From Candidatus Thorarchaeota archaeon (lineage in GTDB: Archaea; Asgardarchaeota; Heimdallarchaeia; Hodarchaeales; Hodarchaeaceae), in the NCBI GenBank assembly GCA_048882505.1, contig JBHLRO010000024.1, positions 9,860 through 41,859 of the forward strand: a stretch of DNA of 32,000 nucleotides, written 5' to 3'. Of the stretch, positions 1 to 8,266 are shown one piece after another. The translations under genes were made by a program, and so were the position numbers. Each line of letters starts with the position of its first letter. Position 1 is the first letter of the stretch. Under the pieces are notes generated by a model. It had not been told where the DNA came from, ran no database searches, and saw only the letters and a list, made by a program, of their open reading frames with translations.

Positions 1-2
1 CC

Positions 3-356
3 ATAGAGAGGAACACAATCACGGAAGTGTGTGCGTCTCTGCCACTCCAATCTAAGATAGTTATCTCTTCAATTTATCTCTTGGAGAGCACCCAGGAGAC
101 GTCTCAAACGGTGTCCACTGGTGATGTTTATGACGAATATGTCCGTTTGTGTCGAGAAACGGGGATGGATTCCCTAACACAACGTCGGGTAGGGGATCTC
201 ATTAATGAGCTTGACGCCCTAGGCATAATTAGTGCCCGAGTCGTTTCACGAGGACGTCATGGACGGACAAAAGAGATACGTATATCAGTACCCCGCCCGT
301 TGGTGGCAAAAATATTGCGAGAAGACAAAATCATTGGAAAAAGGATAACCAACTAG
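3..356 (+). CDS. cdc6: Orc1/Cdc6 replication initiator, C-terminal winged-helix part (5' truncated by the window edge)
   Basis: Frame is open from nt 3 (IERNTITEVCASLPLQSK...). Contains TGDVYDEYVRLC and RRVGDLINELDALGIISARVVSRGRHGRTKEI, the typical Orc1/Cdc6 WH domain. Confidence 0.93.
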   Translation: MERNTITEVCASLPLQSKIVISSIYLLESTQETSQTVSTGDVYDEYVRLCRETGMDSLTQRRVGDLINELDALGIISARVVSRGRHGRTKEIRISVPRPLVAKILREDKIIGKRITN

Positions 357-409
357 CATTGGTTTCAATAAATGCAGGAAATCCGCTTGAAAGAGAGCAG
401 GTCTCACGA

Positions 410-1981
410 TTAGGAGGGAATTATACGCATTTTTCTAAGATCGATCATGGTAATTTGACCAGTTTGGGTGTCTAAAATATGGACAACCCCTACTGATGTT
501 TTCTGTGGGGTTTTCAAATGGTCTGGGCCCTTACCTTGAAATGTACCACAAGCGATTATTTTGACTCCTTTGTACTCGGCCATTGATGCTTGGTGGCTGT
601 GCCCGACCACGAGTATTTCTGGGACCCGATCAATGACAAGATAGTCCCGTTTTGCAGGTACAAGCGGAATAGTGACTCCATACTCCGGAGCCAAATGCCG
701 ATATTCTAATAATTGTTGAATGCTCGAAATAGGATTGATCGGATCGAGTTGTTCAAGCCCTTGTCCATGGTAGACTAGGAGGTTCAGACCATCGATTATC
801 ACGCGAAGCGGGTTACCATGAGTGAGTACGTTCGGAAGGGAAAAAATCGAATTTCCTACTTCTCGATCAATAGCAGGCTGTGGTAAGGCCATTTGGGTGG
901 CATCATGCTCTCCTGGGATTACTATTATCTGAATGTAAGAAGGAATTTTAGAGAATAGAGCTGATAAGCCATCATATTGAGCTTGAAGGGAAGATACACT
1001 CAAATTGGCTTGCTGGTCAGGAAATTGCCCAACTCCGTCACAAAGATCCCCCGCAACAATAACAACTTTGATATCCTGGGCTATTGCAACCAGATCGGGG
1101 GGTAGGTCATCCAACTGAACCAATTTTACTAAGTTGGCAAAAGCCCGTGTGGCGAAAGATTTGGCCCCATAGTGAATATCTGCAAGAAACAAGATTTTTC
1201 CAGAACGGGGATTCTGTTGAAATCGGATAGGAGTGAGACCAGGCCGAATCACATCTTTTCCCCAAAAGGCAGTAATAGCTCCCTCCTCATACTTCTTGGG
1301 TAGATCTCCCGCAACCCCGATCACGGTATCACGGAGAATTTCGTGATACTCTGGAAAAGATGTACTCTCTTGAACCATGACACATCGAGTAAGTATTTCA
1401 TCAGTAGGATCTTCTAACTGGATAACAAACTTACCCGTATGTAATACCCCCGTATCTTGCACCATCCCAATCAAGATTCCGCTTTTGTCAAGAGGAACTT
1501 CCTGTATCGTCAGATTTCGGCCAAGAATCCGTCCTTGATCTGTTAGTTGATCCCTTATGATTCTTGAGAGTCGCTGAAACCTGTCAAGAAACAAATTCCG
1601 AAACGTGTCAACGTCGACGGGATCAGAAAGGGAAGTCGGGATATCGAGATCAATAACAATTTCGGGTAGAGAGGGGGGTTTCTTTGGAGCAGAGAGTTGA
1701 GGTGTTTGTGTTGTTGAAATCTGGCCAGAATTAGTGGTTGATAAGACTTGCTCTGTAGAAGCTATTTCACGATCTTTTGATATCTCAGAATTGTGTTTAG
1801 TTGTCGCCAAGACTTCCTGAATGACAGGGACGGTTACAACAGGGATTTCTTGAGGTAATTGGGAAACCAGAGTCTTTATTTGGCTTTTGGAGAGGGAACT
1901 GTTTCTTAGATAATCGAGAACCTCGCCTGTGACATTGAACCTGTGTTTCAAGAACAGAGCGATTAGTTCACCTCGATCCAT
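410..1981 (-). CDS. DNA polymerase D (PolD) small subunit DP1, phosphoesterase-fold proofreading subunit
   Basis: N-terminal helical domain, OB-fold region, then calcineurin-like motifs ADIHYG, AGDLCDG, PGEHD, ALPQP, YHG and GHSH. Confidence 0.92.
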   Translation of the reverse strand: MDRGELIALFLKHRFNVTGEVLDYLRNSSLSKSQIKTLVSQLPQEIPVVTVPVIQEVLATTKHNSEISKDREIASTEQVLSTTNSGQISTTQTPQLSAPKKPPSLPEIVIDLDIPTSLSDPVDVDTFRNLFLDRFQRLSRIIRDQLTDQGRILGRNLTIQEVPLDKSGILIGMVQDTGVLHTGKFVIQLEDPTDEILTRCVMVQESTSFPEYHEILRDTVIGVAGDLPKKYEEGAITAFWGKDVIRPGLTPIRFQQNPRSGKILFLADIHYGAKSFATRAFANLVKLVQLDDLPPDLVAIAQDIKVVIVAGDLCDGVGQFPDQQANLSVSSLQAQYDGLSALFSKIPSYIQIIVIPGEHDATQMALPQPAIDREVGNSIFSLPNVLTHGNPLRVIIDGLNLLVYHGQGLEQLDPINPISSIQQLLEYRHLAPEYGVTIPLVPAKRDYLVIDRVPEILVVGHSHQASMAEYKGVKIIACGTFQGKGPDHLKTPQKTSVGVVHILDTQTGQITMIDLRKMRIIPS

Positions 1982-2067
1982 ACTGCTGACGATCCTGACT
2001 TCTTAATAACCATCCTATCCCACGTATCTGAACATAAGTTCCTTTTATTATTTTTCTCCATGGTACG

Positions 2068-2092
2068 GGCTGCCCTCGCTTAGAGGGCAGTC
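2068..2092. other. GC-rich hairpin between stt3 and DP1 (possible terminator or processing signal)
   Basis: Perfect 8-bp inverted repeat CTGCCCTC-gctta-GAGGGCAG (2070-2090), extendable by G-U and G-C pairs; about 60 nt downstream of the stt3 stop. Confidence 0.4.
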
Positions 2093-2151
2093 GGAACATC
2101 AGCTCACTCCATGTACTTAAAATAGTCGTAATTTATGTGAAAGAAGAAAGA

Positions 2152-4317
2152 TTATGGAGCAATGGCACCTGGTGGAATGGCGTCCCACTTAATTCTCCAA
2201 ATATAAACCCAATCATGAGAGGTTTTATATGCCAACTCATAATAGTCGGCGTATTCCGCATAATCCGGGGAAAATCCTTTATCCGCGGGAGCATTATCTG
2301 AAATGGGAGCATAGCTGGTGATTCGATCATATGTGGCCTGCTCGACTTCAGCGGTGTATAAGGCCCAAAAGACCGAGTCATAGAATTTGTTGACATACCC
2401 TTCAATGAATTGACCCCGTGAATCATAGGCTAGGTAATCGTTTTGGGTGATATGGACAATGTTGCCATTTTTTTCGCCAATCCTTACAAACCAAGGAACT
2501 TTGCCTAGGTCTGAATCCAAGCCTTGAGCTCCGAACCCATCCGAAACCAATAGTACAATATATGAGATATCATAAATCTTGGCGATCTTGAGACTTTCGC
2601 GAGGGTTTAAAACCAGCATGCAGCCGATATTGGCAATTTTGGTACTATTGATAGTCGCATTATCCACAAGAATCGTCGTATTCGAGTTCCCACTGATCCA
2701 ATACCCATAGTCCCACCACGAAGCTACGGTGCCATCATTAATAGTGACTTGATAATCGAGCCATCCGATGGCTTCTTGCCAATCATTCCCTACGATCAAT
2801 CTATTCTCTTCTACAACAAGAGTGAGAATCGAAGGTGCATGAGTACTTTGGACCGCCGCATCGCTAGCCAGCATTATCGAGGAAAGTAGGAAGAGGCCGA
2901 TGAAGGCAAAGGCGATGGCTGTATGCTCATTAGTCAGGGGTTGGCTAATACGGGTTTTTCGCCGAGAAAGGGCAAATCGTTCTTGAAAAGTGAACACAAA
3001 GGGGAGTAGGGTTTGATCCACTCCTTTCGCTATGAGGAGGGCCGCTGCTGGGGCTAAAATAAGAGCCAGTCGTACCATACTTCCCGCGAAGAAAATAGCC
3101 GTAACCCCAAAGAGTAACAACAAGATATTCTTCTCCGTTGGCTGTTCCCAGAGATAATACATGCTAAGAGGTACGAAAACAATAATTATGCCGATATTAT
3201 TGAAAAAAGCCAGCCAAGTGGCGATTTGATGCTCAGCAACGGATTTGAGAATCGGGGTTTCATCTCGATAGAACGGAAGCAGAACCGTGATAAACTTGGA
3301 AGATAAACTGGTCAGAACCCCAGTCAACAGAAGAATGATGGTTCCGATCCCAGCAAGGATAATTAGATATGGAATGAGAGGGCGGATTCGATCATAAACT
3401 GAAGAAGTGTCATAGTATTCACTAATATAGTTCCATAACGCCACTAAGACAAGGAATCCCACCACCCCCAGGGGAATCAAGCCATCCGTTGACACGAGCG
3501 ATCGGGGACCATTCCGTGGGATAAGAACCATGATTAAATCGCCAATGAGGATGGCGCCCGAATATGATATCAGCAATCGATCCGAATATTTCTTGAGAAG
3601 AACCAGTATGAAGGCAAACAGCGCCAAGAGGTTAAAGACATAGGTGGAAGCCCCCCAAGAGCCCGACATTACTCCAAGTGAAATGCCTGCCAAAATAGTG
3701 GTGATTATGGAACCCGTTCTTAAGGATCGGGCGAAGAAATAGAGGGATATAACCAATAACAGGATGCCTAGGCCTTCATTATCGAAAAAACCCGCAACAG
3801 TGCGTTGAAGATGGCCCGCTGAGACCGATAATAGCAAGGCAGACAGAATCCCGACCTTTTTATTGGCCAGCTCCTTGCCCAAAAAGTATATCGCGATCGT
3901 AGTTAACGATCCTGTGATGGCTGGTTGGAAATAACACATCACTCTTAGCGGAACATCGATTCCTAAAACGAGGGCTAATTCGTGAAGGAGGACAGCCGAG
4001 AGGGGAGTACCGATGTATTGAGATCTACCCCAGAAACGGCCTTCAGGATACCAGGTCTGGTAGTCCACCCAAGAAAAAAAGTCGAACAATCCGTGCTCAG
4101 AGATGTACTCGGCCGCCCGTAACTGAGAGTAGGGATCGTTGGCAGAAAGGATCACCTCATACCGAAAAAAAGGCAAAATTCGCAGTATGAAAGCTATCAC
4201 AAAGATAAGAACCAGAGAGGAGTAGAGAAGGATATGTTGTCTGGTAAGGGTTGTTGTTGCAAAATTATACCGAGTTCTGAGGTCATCGGTAATTCTAGAT
4301 GTAAGACTAGGCGACAA
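2152..4317 (-). CDS. aglB: Oligosaccharyltransferase catalytic subunit STT3/AglB
   Basis: Multi-TM N-terminal region with NDPY, WYPEGR, FFDNEG and SVAEHQ; soluble domain with WWDYG and DNATIN. TTG start. Confidence 0.96.
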   Translation of the reverse strand: MSPSLTSRITDDLRTRYNFATTTLTRQHILLYSSLVLIFVIAFILRILPFFRYEVILSANDPYSQLRAAEYISEHGLFDFFSWVDYQTWYPEGRFWGRSQYIGTPLSAVLLHELALVLGIDVPLRVMCYFQPAITGSLTTIAIYFLGKELANKKVGILSALLLSVSAGHLQRTVAGFFDNEGLGILLLVISLYFFARSLRTGSIITTILAGISLGVMSGSWGASTYVFNLLALFAFILVLLKKYSDRLLISYSGAILIGDLIMVLIPRNGPRSLVSTDGLIPLGVVGFLVLVALWNYISEYYDTSSVYDRIRPLIPYLIILAGIGTIILLLTGVLTSLSSKFITVLLPFYRDETPILKSVAEHQIATWLAFFNNIGIIIVFVPLSMYYLWEQPTEKNILLLLFGVTAIFFAGSMVRLALILAPAAALLIAKGVDQTLLPFVFTFQERFALSRRKTRISQPLTNEHTAIAFAFIGLFLLSSIMLASDAAVQSTHAPSILTLVVEENRLIVGNDWQEAIGWLDYQVTINDGTVASWWDYGYWISGNSNTTILVDNATINSTKIANIGCMLVLNPRESLKIAKIYDISYIVLLVSDGFGAQGLDSDLGKVPWFVRIGEKNGNIVHITQNDYLAYDSRGQFIEGYVNKFYDSVFWALYTAEVEQATYDRITSYAPISDNAPADKGFSPDYAEYADYYELAYKTSHDWVYIWRIKWDAIPPGAIAP

Positions 4318-4525
4318 AATGGTTCACCGAGATGGATCTAAACGGGTACCCTCGGATGTTACGGGATATCTGATTTCCTGTTAAAGATAACGAAATGCTT
4401 GATGAATGATCTGCCTTTTCATTTTGTTTTTTGTTTTTTGCAGTTCGATGTTCTTTTAGATAGTTCTTTTTACACGATGTCAGGGTAAATTGAAAGTTAT
4501 TCACTAAATAAATGCAGTTGTAAAG

Positions 4526-4885
4526 GTGCTATTCGTGACGAAACCATCGATTACCCCAGATATTGATCTAGAGTTGTTCGAACTTAAATTTCCTGGCAAA
4601 ATCATAGGTAAAGCAGTCATAGATGCCAATGCACAGATGATTGGGGTAATCCGTAATGTTAGAGTTCAAATTGGATCAACAACAACCGTGACGAGCTTAA
4701 CGATCAAAGGCTTGAATACTGAATTTGAAATAAAGTCAGAAGATATCAAAGCAATCGGGAATGTCGTCAATTTAAATGTCACCATCAAGCACTCCGAACC
4801 CATAGAGGTCCAAGATGTTATCCGCTTACGTAATGAAATCCAAGAGGAACTCCTCCATTTCTATCAGGTGATCCAGCCCCGATGA
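4526..4885 (+). CDS. PRC-barrel domain protein
   Basis: KIIGKAVIDANAQMIGVIRNV...IKSEDIKAIGNVV matches the PRC-barrel pattern. Start may be the in-frame GTG at 4535, which follows AGGTG. Confidence 0.72.
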   Translation: MLFVTKPSITPDIDLELFELKFPGKIIGKAVIDANAQMIGVIRNVRVQIGSTTTVTSLTIKGLNTEFEIKSEDIKAIGNVVNLNVTIKHSEPIEVQDVIRLRNEIQEELLHFYQVIQPR

Positions 4886-4891
4886 CAAGGC

Positions 4892-5263
4892 TTATTGATC
4901 GAAATTGGCGATCTTTAATGTAATGTCTACTATAGTGTCAATTGTTTGAATAATACGCTTGAGTTCGTCCAAAGATTCCGTAGCAGCTAGCTGATGACCT
5001 AGGGCAAGGAGTTTTCCTACAAGAATGTCTTGCAACAGTTCAATTGTCTCACCAAGGGAATATCTATGCTCAATTTGCTTTGCCTCTGCATCTGATCGTG
5101 CAAAAACCGCTTCTCTATTACATTTAGGACAAAAAATCTTGTTTTCTTTCTTGAAGAGGGGAACATGACAGTCCGGGCAGGCATCTGATAACATTGTTGC
5201 TCCTGTGAGAAGTAATGAACTCATACGTGCAATGGGATCAGATTCTGAGGGTTCTTTTGCCAT
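4892..5263 (-). CDS. UPF0148 / Sjogren autoantigen p27-like Zn-ribbon protein
   Basis: MSSLLLTGATMLSDACPDCHVPLF...IFCPKC, followed by a helical C-terminus. Confidence 0.85.
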   Translation of the reverse strand: MAKEPSESDPIARMSSLLLTGATMLSDACPDCHVPLFKKENKIFCPKCNREAVFARSDAEAKQIEHRYSLGETIELLQDILVGKLLALGHQLAATESLDELKRIIQTIDTIVDITLKIANFDQ

Positions 5264-5335
5264 AGTGGACGCCTCCTTTTACATGATTCTTTCTAGGTTC
5301 CGGTATTAATATAATATTAACATCAATCCATACCA

Positions 5336-7933
5336 CTAGAATTTGATGATAGAGGAGATATGGGCGTTTGCACCATCAGCGATGGATTCTTGCTTGCTGA
5401 GAATAATTTTCTGGACATTATGCATGTTCTTAAAATCATCAGCGAAGGCGGCAAGCGCAGGAGGAATATTTAGGCTAGTGAGAGGGGCCTTGAATGATAG
5501 TTTTCTGAGTTTTTTATTTCTCCAAATTAATGAGTTAAGTTCCATGATTTTTGGAGTACGAAGATCTTCTTCTGGAGAATTAGTGCCCGATTTTGGCATC
5601 AGTTCTTTATGGATACTTTGTGAGGGCTCATAAAGTTTTTGATAAATAGCCTCGGCTATGAACGGGGTGATAGGAGCGAGAAGCTTGAGAATGGTTTGGA
5701 AGACGTGGTGCATGGTGAAGTGGGCACTTTTGGCCGCCTCTTGATGTGAAATGTCATCACTATACGCACGAGCTTTTGCTAATTCTATATAATGGGCCGC
5801 AAAGACCGTTCGTACCCAATTGTAGATATTTATCGATGGAATGGAGAAATCGAGTTGTCGATAACCTATATGACACCTATTGATAAGCCCATTTAGACTT
5901 GATAAAATCCATTCATCTGTGGGATATAATACGGAGGGTTGGGTGCTATTGGGAAAGGAGGAGACGAACCGGGCGATATTCCAAAGTTTGGTGATAAATT
6001 TGGTGTGGCCATTCAATTTGGCCAAAGAAAATCGAATGTCGGTTCCATGGCTACCTTGTAAACATGACGAAAGCCTGACACTATCGGCACCGCAGTAGAG
6101 ATTCGGGAGTTCATTCTTCCCCTTAAATCCATTAATAATCTTCTTCTCGGCAATATACCTCCAGCTATCCATTTCGGGTTTCAAGGTTTCAGGAGTATTC
6201 ACAGGTAAATTGCGGGGTTGAATGAATACCAATGGGTCTACACTGTTACCGAGGCTTTTGGACATTTTCCCACCAAATGGATCAAGAACAAGGCCAGATA
6301 TCCATACTTGTTTGAACGCTGGTTTCTTAAAAAGATGATAAGCGCGCAGAATGGTATAGTAAAGCCAAGTTCGTACGATTTCCTTCCCTTGAGGACGAAT
6401 TGAACAGGGGAAATTCTGGATGAAAAAAGACTGATCAGGATCTTCAAAAAAGATCTCGCCATAATTGCATACAGCAAGTTCTGAGATTGAAGAATCGTAC
6501 CAAGTGTCAAATGTTTTTTCCTCTCCTATGGCGTCTGCGAGCGCATTTCCACATTGAGAACACCTAGAAAGGCTAGCTGGGGGATTCTCTTTCCAAGCTT
6601 CATAATAACGATCGAGTGATTTCGGGACGTTTGGAAATTGACATTTCTGGCAATACCAAATTGGAATTGAAGTACCGTAAAACCGGCTTCTGCTTATCGC
6701 CCAGTCCATGGATAGATCTTTCATCCAGTTCTCTAGGATATTCTGACTAGATTGAGGATAGAAATGCATAAGCTCAGATATCTTTCTAAGCTCAGGAAGA
6801 AATTCTACCTGTTGGAGATAATATTCGTCTTGGCCGATAATTTCGATCACTGTTTTGGATCTCCAACAAATAGGTACACGTCGAGAAATGGGTGACGATT
6901 TGATCAAGAAAGCTGCGCTTTTTAGATCAGATAGGATAGCTTCTTGTGCTTCTTTGACCGTTTTTCCTTGATACTTACCTGCTACCGAGTTTAATTTCCC
7001 ATCAGTTGTAATAACGGTTTTGGGATGATTAATACCGAAATCTCGAAGGATTTTTACGTCTGATTTATCACCATACGCACAAATCATCATGATCCCAGTA
7101 CCCAATCCAGGATCAGCTTCTGGATGAGAGAATATAGGAACTGATTTGTTATATAGAGGTGTTAATGCCTGCTTTCCCTCCAGATGAACGTAGCGGAAAT
7201 CATCAGGATGATAAATTATTAGTTCACAGGCTGCAATTAGCTCTGGGCGTGTTGTGGCGATTCTGATTGCTTCATCCGAATCAACAAGATTAAACGTTAT
7301 TTCATGAATTAATGAGTCATCATTTCGATATTCGATTTCCGCATCAGCTATAGTCGTCCCACAATCTATGCACCAGTTATTTGGTCTGGTAGATCTATAG
7401 ATTAATCCATTATACCAAGCTTGAATAAAAGTACGTTGTGTTAGCAAACGGTATTGTGGAGAGTCTGTTTGGTAATAAATGCTGGGGGTTCCGTAAAATG
7501 GGTTACAAGATAACCCCATCCACTTCATTACTGCCAATGTGTTTTCTTCGGCTTTATCTAGCTCAGTTTTACAGATTTTAAGGAATTCCTCACGATTCAT
7601 ATCATGCATCGATTGACCTAGTTTACGTTCAACTTTGACCTCCACGGGAAGGCCATTTCGATCGACACAGGCTGGAAATAACACTTCATAACCCATCATT
7701 CTGTAATAGCGTGCAATCATGTCTATCTGTGCATAGTGTATGGCAAAACCCAGATGGGCCCGACCAGAAACATATGGAGGGGGAGTATCTATGATATAAA
7801 CGGGTTTACTTGTCTTAGGGTTGAACTGAAAGGTTGCATCCTTTTCCCAATAAGCAATGACATCCCGTTCGATATTCGGGTTCCAATATTTCATATCTAG
7901 CTTTGATTTAGTTTTCATTGATTTTATCTCCAT
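5336..7933 (-). CDS. valS: Valyl-tRNA synthetase (archaeal type, no C-terminal coiled coil)
   Basis: DTPPPYVSG-HLGF (HIGH), ATTRPELI and GTGIMMICAYGD editing domain, DWAISRSRFYGT, QGKEIVRTW, KMSKS. Confidence 0.93.
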   Translation of the reverse strand: MEIKSMKTKSKLDMKYWNPNIERDVIAYWEKDATFQFNPKTSKPVYIIDTPPPYVSGRAHLGFAIHYAQIDMIARYYRMMGYEVLFPACVDRNGLPVEVKVERKLGQSMHDMNREEFLKICKTELDKAEENTLAVMKWMGLSCNPFYGTPSIYYQTDSPQYRLLTQRTFIQAWYNGLIYRSTRPNNWCIDCGTTIADAEIEYRNDDSLIHEITFNLVDSDEAIRIATTRPELIAACELIIYHPDDFRYVHLEGKQALTPLYNKSVPIFSHPEADPGLGTGIMMICAYGDKSDVKILRDFGINHPKTVITTDGKLNSVAGKYQGKTVKEAQEAILSDLKSAAFLIKSSPISRRVPICWRSKTVIEIIGQDEYYLQQVEFLPELRKISELMHFYPQSSQNILENWMKDLSMDWAISRSRFYGTSIPIWYCQKCQFPNVPKSLDRYYEAWKENPPASLSRCSQCGNALADAIGEEKTFDTWYDSSISELAVCNYGEIFFEDPDQSFFIQNFPCSIRPQGKEIVRTWLYYTILRAYHLFKKPAFKQVWISGLVLDPFGGKMSKSLGNSVDPLVFIQPRNLPVNTPETLKPEMDSWRYIAEKKIINGFKGKNELPNLYCGADSVRLSSCLQGSHGTDIRFSLAKLNGHTKFITKLWNIARFVSSFPNSTQPSVLYPTDEWILSSLNGLINRCHIGYRQLDFSIPSINIYNWVRTVFAAHYIELAKARAYSDDISHQEAAKSAHFTMHHVFQTILKLLAPITPFIAEAIYQKLYEPSQSIHKELMPKSGTNSPEEDLRTPKIMELNSLIWRNKKLRKLSFKAPLTSLNIPPALAAFADDFKNMHNVQKIILSKQESIADGANAHISSIIKF

Positions 7934-8266
7934 CAGAACAGAGACCGTGGCATAAAGCCCCCTTCAGAAGTCCTAAGAAAAAAAATTCAGCTGATTTTGG
8001 GGATAAAAGGATATAAACAAGATCTTCTTCTCCCAATAATCCATTCCATCTCTGTTGAGAGCTGCGAGAAAAGAGCGTTACGGGAAATGGTGTTGTTTCA
8101 CACGAGGCCATGATTGAGGGATCTAACAAAGCGATCCCGGCTGGTAGATACCACTATTTCACCATTCGTTTCTGGAAAACACAGCTTTAAAAAGCCGTCT
8201 ATTATTGATCGTGGTTGCTTGATAGCAAGATAAAAAGCTTTGCATGGATTGCGTGAGAATAAAGGC

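Noticed and set aside
357-409. Replication origin next to cdc6
   Set aside because: Only 53 bp between convergent stops and no ORB-like sequence; any origin would be upstream, outside the window.
2068-2092. SECIS element
   Set aside because: No in-frame UGA in the neighbouring genes and no GAA/A motif in the stem.
4344-4355. 12-mer GGGTACCCTCGG shared with 28716-28727
   Set aside because: Matches of this length are expected by chance in 32 kb and the flanks are unrelated.
4307-4504. 65-aa minus-strand ORF as a frameshifted STT3 N-terminus or small gene
   Set aside because: STT3 already looks complete from its TTG; the Lys/Asn-rich translation simply reflects a T-rich intergenic tract.
7750-7790. 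ValRS HIGH motif reading HLGF as a sign of inactivation
   Set aside because: Fourth-position variants occur in archaeal ValRS, and all other catalytic and editing motifs are intact.
7953-8174. RNase P RNA-like words on the minus strand (CAGAAACGA, GTGTGAAAC, GAAGGGGGCTTTA)
   Set aside because: No GAGGAAAGTCC-type 5' P4 strand is present upstream, the intervening sequence is AT-rich, and it contains a TATA-like TTTATAT (8011-8017) better explained as the valS promoter.
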